Origin: Epithemia pelagica
Lineage: Eukaryota; Protista; Bacillariophyta
DNA length: 64,000 bases
Direction: 5' to 3'
NCBI GenBank assembly: GCA_946965045.2
Contig: OX337237.1
Coordinates: forward strand, 2,480,001 to 2,544,000
Shown: positions 55,353 through 64,000 of the stretch, piece after piece
Position numbering within the stretch: the stretch's first letter is position 1
How the letters are laid out: every line of letters starts with the position of its first letter
Translations under genes and position numbers: made by a program
The notes under the pieces: model-generated
What the model was told of the DNA's origin: nothing
The model's input: the letters and a program-made list of their open reading frames with translations, nothing else
Databases searched by the model: none

Positions 55353-56954
55353 ATGGTGAAAGGACAACCAGCAGCACATGGCTCTTTTGCTCCAGTCTAC
55401 TACTTTCGCCATGCCCACCACCATCGCCGACGACGACCACCATCACCAAGAAAAAAGGAAGCGTGCACCAGCAGACTGCGACCCAACACCAAACGACGAT
55501 GGTCGTCGAGTCGGGTTGGTAGGACAATGGTCTTCTTGTTGCTTGTGGTTTGGACCCTTGTGCCTTTTCTCTTGCTGTCGTCGAGCCACCATTCGTCGTC
55601 GCTCATCCTGTCTTGGATATTTGGCACGTTGTTTCGTGGAAACGACACGGTCCACGACCACCCATGGAACCAAGAATCATCACGAAAAGTCCAACAGCAA
55701 CCACCAACTCTTCCTTCACATGTTCGACAGCACTGCAATGTGTCGAGTTGGGAGAAATGGATGATGATAAATACCAACAGCACCAGCCATACTTCCAATT
55801 GGCAACGACGGACCCCAGCCTTTCTCGTTGTGGGGGTCAAAAAGGGTGGAACTACCGCCTTGTTTCAAACCCTCTTGCGTCATCCTCGCATCCTTCCCGG
55901 TCGTACCAAGGAATTGCAATTCTTTGTGCCCAAATCCTTCGACCGATTTTGGAAGCACAGCAACAACGAATCCAGCAATCGCGGTTCCTCCTCCTCTATA
56001 AAGGACAGGGGTCGGATCCAAGTCGCGGCGGCGCGTCGTGCACTCTATCGGCACCACTATGCGTCGGCCATTTCGGTAGTGCAAGAGCAGTCCGATGTCA
56101 TTACGGGCGAGGCCACACCGGATTATCTCATGTTTCCCCACTACAGTGCGCAAGCTATTTTGTGTACCCTTCCATGGGTGAAATTGATTGTCATGTTGCG
56201 CCATCCCGTGGAACGATTGTATTCCCATTACAATTACTTGTCCGATCCCCATCATGATCCAGCCCGTCAACGACAACGACGACGACAGGCCGCCCAACGA
56301 CAACGACATGGCACCGACAATAACCACACCGACAACACAACCACCATGCCCCCCTTTGAAGAATGGGTGCGACGCGATATTGCCGTCTTGCAACACGCGG
56401 GTGTCTTGCCGTCCAATTTGTCAACCTTGGCCGACTACATGGGATCGGCCGCCGAACAAGAGGGATGGCACCGGTACGAACGCATGCATCGACCCGGTCA
56501 GGGTACAGTGGGATCGGATCGACACGTGATTCGATCCTTGTATGCCCCACAATTGCAAGGCTGGCAGGACCAATTGCACAAGTTTGGCTTGTGGGAGGAT
56601 GGCACAAGAATACGGTCGTGGAAGGACCATCCCCGCATCAAACTGGTCCTCAGTCGAGACTTGCAGTCTCCCACCAAGGGACCCGAAATTGTTTCGGACT
56701 TGTTTCAATGGTTGGGCCTTTCGGATCCCACCAACACTACCAGCACCACAGGACGAGGAGGCGGCCAGCTGCATCAACCCAAACGCGCCATGATTACGCA
56801 TTATACCAGTCCTCCCATGTCCTCTGAATTTCGATCCTGGCTCCAAGACACCATCTTTCGTCCCTACAATCAACGACTCTATCGCTTGTTGGGGCCCGAC
56901 TATCATGGCATTTTTGATGATGAGGAGGAAGAACCAGCAACGTCCTCGGCTTAA
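55353..56954 (+). CDS. PAPS-dependent sulfotransferase (HS3ST/NDST-like domain), type II membrane protein
   Basis: TM anchor, 5'-PSB motif VVGVKKGGTTAL, KELQFF, GEATPDY, 3'-PB motif MLRHPVERLYSHY, and YAPQL..W. Confidence 0.9.
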   Translation: MVKGQPAAHGSFAPVYYFRHAHHHRRRRPPSPRKKEACTSRLRPNTKRRWSSSRVGRTMVFLLLVVWTLVPFLLLSSSHHSSSLILSWIFGTLFRGNDTVHDHPWNQESSRKVQQQPPTLPSHVRQHCNVSSWEKWMMINTNSTSHTSNWQRRTPAFLVVGVKKGGTTALFQTLLRHPRILPGRTKELQFFVPKSFDRFWKHSNNESSNRGSSSSIKDRGRIQVAAARRALYRHHYASAISVVQEQSDVITGEATPDYLMFPHYSAQAILCTLPWVKLIVMLRHPVERLYSHYNYLSDPHHDPARQRQRRRQAAQRQRHGTDNNHTDNTTTMPPFEEWVRRDIAVLQHAGVLPSNLSTLADYMGSAAEQEGWHRYERMHRPGQGTVGSDRHVIRSLYAPQLQGWQDQLHKFGLWEDGTRIRSWKDHPRIKLVLSRDLQSPTKGPEIVSDLFQWLGLSDPTNTTSTTGRGGGQLHQPKRAMITHYTSPPMSSEFRSWLQDTIFRPYNQRLYRLLGPDYHGIFDDEEEEPATSSA

Positions 56955-57026
56955 TCCTGCGCGCGCGATTCCTATGGTATATCTGGGCTATAGAACTGGT
57001 GAATTCTAAACAATAAACCGTGGCAT

Positions 57027-59211
57027 TTAACCAAAACCATGTATGAGGCGACTGTCCATCCACGAAAGCAGGGAAGGCACCGCCGCATCGCTCACCAATG
57101 ACGCCTGGGGGAAAAACTGGCCATCGAGCATTTTACAAGTTCCGGTGAGAGTTTCAACCACTCCAACCACAACGCATACACCCCACTGCTTTGGATATAG
57201 CTGCAAGACACAGTACAGAATTCTTTGTTCATCCCTGATAGTCCAGACAACTTTCTTGGCAATTCCGTTGTTTGGTGGAGCTTCCAGCCGAAGCATCGAG
57301 TATGTTGAATGTTCCATCGCCCCTTCCGTGGTTTCGCAGGTCACGGTGCCACCATGTGGTGAGAAATCATTCAGCCTCATCTTGATAATATTTTCCATTT
57401 TTGTGGCAAAAGTGTTGAAGTCCTGATGGCCGAGGTTGATATGATGAACAAAGTGGTTCTGGAACTGGTCAATGATTTTACTTGACCGTGTTCCAGCATA
57501 AAAGAAGGCAGACGCTAGAGTTTTTTGCTGCTGACGCACAATGAACTTTACAAAGGGGGTCAAGTTCCCCTTGTCCGCTTCCGCAAGAGTCTCGAAGTAC
57601 TTCTGACGGTCCCGTAACTTGACTGTTAATGGCAATAGGCTTGCCTTCATGAAAACCAAAGAAGCAAGGCTCCGGGCAACGCGGCCATTGCCGTCGTGAA
57701 ATGGGTGGATTTGGACAAACCGGTGGTGAATCCATGCTGCCAATACCTCTGGTGGCGTACCCACTGCGTCGTATTGCTTTGCAAGCTCCAGCAAACGGTC
57801 GATTTCTTGCTCAACTTCGAGAACGGGACAATACTGATGGACAAGCCCGTCAGGGCGTGTTGGGAAGTTTGGTTGATTCTTGAATTTTCCCCGCCGAATG
57901 AGCACGTCAATAGTTCGGTGGGTGTCATTGCTTGATAACACCACGGTTTTTGTGAACCTTGCTGTCTTTGTGAATGCTTTCTGTAGACCCAAGAGATCCG
58001 CCTTGGTGATGTTCAGTCCCTTGGTCCCAATCTCGTCCTCCGACGCCAAACTCTTGATGACCGCTTCTTGATCCTTGATTATCGTTTCTACCGTGTGCAC
58101 GTCTGCGGTACCCTCTCTGATTCCCTCCGACCTTGCTGGATCATAAGTGATGGCATTTTCAGATATGCCATCTGCAATAAGTGATCGGGTCGCTCCCTCG
58201 GAGAGCACATATAAGTTTTCAACCCTGCCCGTTTCCACTGCCCATTCACGATGTATGGTCTCCACCAGCTCTTCCGCCAGAGCTCTGTCGGTCATGATAT
58301 TGGACCACATATCTTGAACCTTCAAAATGATGCCATCAGATCCTTGCCCAAAGCCTTCAGGGATCTCTTTGATTGATTCCCAGCGATGCCCAACCTGTTC
58401 ATTAGGTAATTTCAACAACCTCGCTTCCCCATGCGCGACCTTCTCGTCAAACCGAGCCTTCTGCTTCAAGCATCGGTCATACAAATCTCGGGCCACAGAA
58501 TTACTCGGGACGATTAAGACAAGGCGTTCGGAAGCAGCAATTGCCTCTTCGAAGCCCATTAGACTCAAGGCGCTTTCAGCGAGGGCAACCGCGAAACATG
58601 CTTCTTGCGGGTAAAACTGTGAGAGTTGTTCTGCTGCCAAAAAACGATCTGGAATACTCCCACTCTGTAGCTCATTCAGTAGCTGCCTTTTGATCGGATC
58701 GAAGTCAGGGTAAGACATTAGGCGCTCCGGGTCAATCTGTAAGTCTGCCTTTTCTCTCTTCAATTTGTCTAGTTCTGCTCGGAGTGTGAGGCATAGAATT
58801 TTGGGCAAAATATTAGGAAAAGCGACAAAACTTACCATTGGAATGATCGGTATTAGCCATGTCAGGAAAACCATTCCCGCGGATAACACCATCTGCATCT
58901 TGGGTGTCCTGTAGTGAAGATTCCAAACCCTGAGACACGAGATGAGTTAGGAAGCAAGCCCACAACAAATATCTGTAAAGTAGGAACGCAAAAACCACAA
59001 AAAAAGAGTCTCAGTTTACCTTCTGCTGCTGCTGCTGCTGCTGCTGCTGGAAGTTATTCCGCACTTCTGTCCGTACAATCAAGGATGAACAGTTGAACTC
59101 TTCCTCAGAGACACCAGATTTGCGCAAATATCTTTGATAATGACAATCAATTTGGTCCCAAGGTGTCGTCATAGTGATATATTCTTTGGCGATCCTCGAG
59201 TGATTTCTCAT
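57027..59211 (-). CDS. Fic-domain protein with N-terminal TPR-like region; 3 exons
   Basis: Canonical HPFHDGNGRVAR motif and an upstream TGRVEN matching (S/T)xxxE(G/N). Predicted introns at about 59019-58931 and 58836-58775 keep the frame. Confidence 0.88.
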
Positions 59212-59392
59212 TCACTCTCTCAAAAGAACGACTCCCTTTTATCGACGCTCCCAGATCCGATTCTTTGGTGTGCTCAGGGTTTTTGTGTGAACTGTGAACA
59301 TTGTGTAAATGGGTGTAGGAGCGGTCTCTCCGTAGTCCGTAGTTGGGTTTGAAGGTTATAGTTTGTAGGTTGCTCGACTGTTGGCATCTGTA

Positions 59393-59720
59393 ATATGCCC
59401 CGCAATTGGAAGGGTGGCAGGAACAATTGCACAAGTTTGGCTTGTTGGACCATCCTTTCGTGGAGGGACCATCCACGCATCAAACATCAAACTCAGTCGA
59501 GACGTGCAGTCTCCCACCAAGGGACGAGAAGATGTTACCTCCCAGAAGAGGGGTAAATAGTCGCGAGTGAGTCATGCATCTTTCATGGATTCCTACAAAA
59601 TACTCTAAACGTGCGACCGAAATAATCATCCGCTGCGACGTAGAGAAGTTGTGACGGATTTCTTTCAATGGCGAGAGGACCCCGACCAACCGAACGAGGT
59701 GAGGGGTCCATGATTACACG
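59393..59720 (+). pseudogene. Degraded fragment of the sulfotransferase 3' half
   Basis: tatgccccgcaattggaagggtggcaggaacaattgcacaagtttggcttg and cagtcgagacgtgcagtctcccaccaagggac match 56541-56683. Weaker similarity resumes at about 59650-59720. Confidence 0.8.
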
Positions 59721-59872
59721 TACCGACAGACTTCAGCGTAAACCGTCCGCTTCTACCTTCACCACTCGTCGTCGTACCTTTCCCAAAACGCTACCCACAC
59801 TACATAAGCCCTAAAAATTACTGTACTTGGATTTTTATTTTAGTGTATAAAATTAGAATAGCCCAAAATGAA

Positions 59873-59926
59873 AAAGTAGTACACCCAGGAAAGTAGTACA
59901 CCCAGAAAAGTAGTACACCCAGGAAA
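59873..59926. repeat. 17-bp tandem repeat, 3 copies
   Basis: aaagtagtacacccag(g/a) three times, directly after an AT-rich block at about 59810-59870. Confidence 0.9.
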
Positions 59927-60424
59927 TCCACAGGGAGAGAATACGGGAAAGAGCACAAAGCGAACAAGAGGTGCACCAACGGAAAAAAGAAGAGCACAAC
60001 AAACAAACACCACACGAATCAAGCAGCAAGCACCAGCAACAGCAACGGAAACACAGAGACCAAAAAACAATAATCAAAATGTAGGCAATAATTGAAACAC
60101 GACACAGACGAGTTTTCACACGACACGGAAAATTCAGTAGCAAAGAGATGCACCACGAAATTTCATGCCAAGACAGAATTACAAAAATCGTGAACGTGTG
60201 AGAAACTGGTACGTAACGTGGAGTGGAACGCGGAACAAGTGTCATCATCTAATTCTCACGTACCTTTCGAGACGTCAAGCTAGAGACCACCACCCAAATG
60301 GTCATGCAAAGAGCAATAGCGACATCAATCTGTCAAAAAGAGTGAATAAAGGGGTAAGAACAATGATACAGCAATCAAACAAGAATGCAACAACAACAGC
60401 AAACGTACCGAATACTATGGTACT

Positions 60425-63400
60425 TCAATAGTGGTAGCCGTATCCATGGCTACCGCCATGGTAACGCGAACCACGATGATGGTGATGATGATGATGATGT
60501 GGAGGTGGTGGAGTGTATCCACCACCACGGTGGTGGATGTGGTCACGGTAGTACGGTGGGGGTGGTGGCGATGGAGTGTACGGGCGGTGGTGGTATCCTC
60601 GGGAAGAATGGTGGTGGGAATGATGATGAGGATGATATGGCGGCGAGTCGGATGGTGGTGGAGGTGGGGAGTACCAGTTGTTGCGATGATAAGCAACACG
60701 ATGGTGCTCCTCCACACGACAATCAACCCCGCGGTCTCGACTACCGTCATTGCGATGATATCCACCGTGATGATTCTGAGAGGGATTGTGGTGGCTGGTG
60801 TGGTGTTCCGTCGGAACAAGGGCCGTTGACGATGGCACATTTGTGGGTGGTGGTGGCAGTTCCGTGGTCGCAATGGTTGGTGGTGGTGGAGGTGGTTGCG
60901 ACGTTGATGTGGTCGCAATGGCTAATGGAGCTGCAGCGGATACCGTTGGTTCCGTGGTCGCAATGGTTGGTGGTGGTGGTGGTGGTGGCTGTTGCTCAGT
61001 CGTTGCTGTTGGGTGTGGATGCGTGGCCGTAACAGTAGATGGCAGTGGAGGTTGTTTCATGGCTGTTACGGTGGTTGTTGTTGGTGCTTGGACTGTTGCA
61101 CTGTTTGGAGGTGGTGCATGTTGGTCCATTGTTGACGTAGCTGGTGGTGGTTGCACGGCCACCGTGGTTGTTGTTGTTGGTGGTGGTGGTACAACGACTG
61201 GTGGTGGCGGTTGTGGCGCTTCATGCTCGACTGGAGGTGGTGGAGGAGGCTTTGAAGAAGCCACTGGAGTGGACGAAGGTGATGAAACAGGGAATGGCAG
61301 TGAGAACATATAAAGCAACAATCAAACAAAACAAAACAAAACAATCTACGTACCAACGATGGTAGAGGGCGGAGAAGTTTTCTTTTTCTTTTGACATCGG
61401 GAAAGAACTTCAAGCATGCCATCCGATGAAGATGACGATGATGATGAGTCCGCGATCGACTTACTCTTCTTCTTCTTCTTCTTGCGTTTTTTCTTGGATT
61501 TGGTGTCTGTGGTCAAGAGAAGACGGAATGAGATCGATGCAACCAAGAAAACAACAAAGCAACAATCAACTTACCATGGGTTTGCGACTTGGACGACTTG
61601 GATGGTTTGTCGTCCAAGAGACGAAGGATTCGCGCCAATGAATCCTCGTCTTCGATGGACGAATCGTCATTCTGTTTCTTGGCAGCCTTGAGCTGCTGCA
61701 ACGCCTTGCGACGGCGAATCTTCTTCTTGGCCTTTTTCATAAAGGCCTCAATGTCGGTGGAGGACGACGACGAGGACGAGGGGGATGAAGCGGTTTTTGA
61801 CTCTTTCTTCTTGGATCCCTTCTCATCTAAACATAATAGCAGAGTGGTTAGTAACAAAGTATAAAGAGTGATTCATGCAATGAGTCTACGTACCATTCTT
61901 CGTGTTTTCTTTGTCGGCCTCGTCGCTCTTTTCGGGTGGACGGTACCAGTTGGCCGTGACGGTCCGAACATGATTTTCTTTCGAGACGTCCTGGTACAGT
62001 ACGTTGACCTCACTTGACTTGTGACGGGCGAAGGAGTTCGACGACTTCTGTGGTACTCCACAGTTGGCAACGTTCGAGATTCCGGTGCGTCGGCCGGTCC
62101 GGAACGTCACCTTCTCGGCGTTGTCAAACTTGCAACGAATGGCAAGTTGACGGGCATTCCTCAACGGCCAGTTCACGCCCAATCTACCCGCACACTTGAA
62201 GCCAGATCCATCCGCGTCATTCTGTGAAGTCTCGGGGACGAGCTCAGTCCAACCGAGGTGCTTCGCACCATCCTTGCGGGCCTTGAGGTGTTTTGCGGGT
62301 ATCTGCTCTAGAAACAGCAGACCCTGCCATCCTGGCGGGTGCGCCACTTTCATGATGTGCAAGAGGATCTTGTACGTCGCAAACTTATCATCTGGGTTGT
62401 CGATGATCATGTGCGACGAGTCTTGTGTATCGTTGGCGACTCGATCAAAGGCGAGATTGTTCGTCGCGAGGTGCGACGATTTCTCAAGCACAGATTCTTT
62501 GAGAATAATCGCGGGAAGCCCAGCCAACATTCCGTACGATTTGTCAAGACACGCCTTGAAAATTAAATCGGATACTTTAAGTAGTCTTATCTGGAGACAA
62601 CATGCAACAACCAAACTGTTAGACAACAGCAGCAACAACAACGGCGACAATCAACAAATACAACAACAACAAACAACAACTTACTTCTGGGCCGCGGAGA
62701 CCGAAGTCTCGGGAAGTCTTGTAGACTCCCATGCTCAAAGCCGTGGAATACTCGCCGTCTTCGAACGGCCGAAGCTCCGGCTCGCATGTCCGCATCTTTT
62801 CTTCGTCGTCGAATGCCGTTGGTGCACGATTGGGTAGGCGGCCAAATTCGGGTCGGACGAGGGCTGCCTTGTTCCAAATGTCGGCAAGGTAGGCATGGTA
62901 ATTGCCAAGCCCATGTTTGAGATCACTTTGAGCGATCACGATCCCGTGTGTTTTAAGAAGAGCAAAGAGATGGTTCAGCATCTTCATTGTTGTGTTGGGC
63001 TGGAAGAAAAACTTGGGGTCCTCCACTGAATCCGTTTCCATATTGAAACCCCGCATTCGATGGTTCACGAGAAAAACCATTACGCAACTATTCAACAATG
63101 TCAATTTCGATGGAGTCTTCACTCCGCGGAGAGCAAGAAAGAGGAGCGGCGTTGGTGTATCTCCACCCGACAGTTCATCGATATCTTCGACGATTTCAAG
63201 AAGAAAGTGCATCTCGTGATGCTTTTGAAGACACTCCAAAAATTTGTTGACGGAGGCGGCCTTTTCTTTGTCGTAGGAAGCCTTGCATCCGGTAAGGTCT
63301 CGGATGGTGAAGGTACTGTTCCCGTAGATGGTGGGAGAGAGGCGACAATACTGGCTCCAGGCGGCCAACGAACGTGCACGAGAAGAGTTCATGGTGGGCG

Positions 63401-63912
63401 GGTTGAAGGTGACCTCACCAATCCGCATGGAGCCCTTTTCGGCATCCCATGTCAGATGCTTCCGTTTGACCAAAGCTTGGGATACAAGCTTGGTATCCAC
63501 TTTGCAAGATTCCACAACCGTTGCGGCGTTGAGAAGGGCGTCGTTGGCGCCATTGGGAAGATCGAGACCTTCGATCTGGTGACGACGGGAAGAAGGATCA
63601 GGCCTCGCAACATTGCTGAAGGGAAAAAGGAAACATGGTGGTTAGAATGAGACAGATAAGAATAGAAACAAAACATACTGTCACTTACTTTGATTGCTCT
63701 GTAGCTTGGATGTTGTCTTGTTGTTGTGGTTGTCGACGAGGATTTCGGGAAGGAGGAAGGTTCACTTCCGTTAATGGCGGACGATTGGCACGGTTGTTGG
63801 GTGGGCGGCCGGGATTTCGGTACGGGTTCACGTTATTGGTTGAGTTTGTGGCGTCCACATTGTTTCTTGCGGCCGCCCGCTCCAGTTGGCGGCGAGATTG
63901 TCGAGTCGCCAT
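60425..63912 (-). CDS. Tyrosine-recombinase-fold (Crypton/DUF3504-like) protein with Lys/Ser-, Pro/Thr- and His/Tyr-rich C-terminal tail; 6 exons
   Basis: Frame-consistent GT-AG introns at about 63686-63616, 62684-62591, 61893-61827, 61574-61510 and 61352-61264. Splicing gives FGLRGPE/IRLLKVSD (R), KSSHL (K), TFRTGRRTGIS (xxxR), ARHKS (H) and VLYQ (Y). About 1030 aa in total. Confidence 0.8.
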
Positions 63913-64000
63913 GGTCAGGCTGTGAAACGACGATGAAAAAACGATGCACAATGAAAAATGAGGGTGAGGAAAGTGAAGACGGTGACACTTGCGAGAAAGT

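Noticed and set aside
57027-58898. Bacterial contamination suggested by the Fic and DapA genes
   Set aside because: Both have frame-consistent spliceosomal introns and sit among eukaryotic genes of similar composition.

Overview
Eukaryotic nuclear DNA, most likely from a diatom or related photosynthetic stramenopile. This is inferred from short GT-AG introns, bipartite plastid-targeting presequences and poly-Thr/Gln linkers. I recognised no rRNA, tRNA or CRISPR array. The first 16.6 kb is a nest of tyrosine-recombinase (YR) mobile elements. A full-length, apparently intact DIRS-order retrotransposon with split direct repeats (A1-gag-RT/RH-YR-B1-A2-B2, minus strand, 6518-15549) sits inside the YR gene of a Crypton-like DNA element. 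An inverted, internally deleted copy of that host element (1643-3681) preserves the empty target site. All four junctions of the integration reaction are therefore visible, and they meet at one CC dinucleotide. The inverted copy also carries the upstream region and first 16 nt of the neighbouring UFD1-UBX gene, and a 179-bp tandem array lies between the two arms. The rest of the window holds about 17 host genes: GST, UFD1-UBX, an FAH-MAAI fusion, a CtpA-like protease, DapA, a GTPase, an HA-domain protein, LCMT, a USE1-like SNARE with a very long acidic-repeat/ankyrin tail, two tandem PAO-like Rieske oxygenases (one decaying), a head-to-head fucosyltransferase/sulfotransferase pair and a Fic protein. 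A third, unrelated six-exon YR gene with a Lys/Ser-, Pro- and His-rich tail ends the window. Several frameshifts fall in homopolymers and may be assembly errors. All family assignments come from motif recognition by eye; no database search was run.
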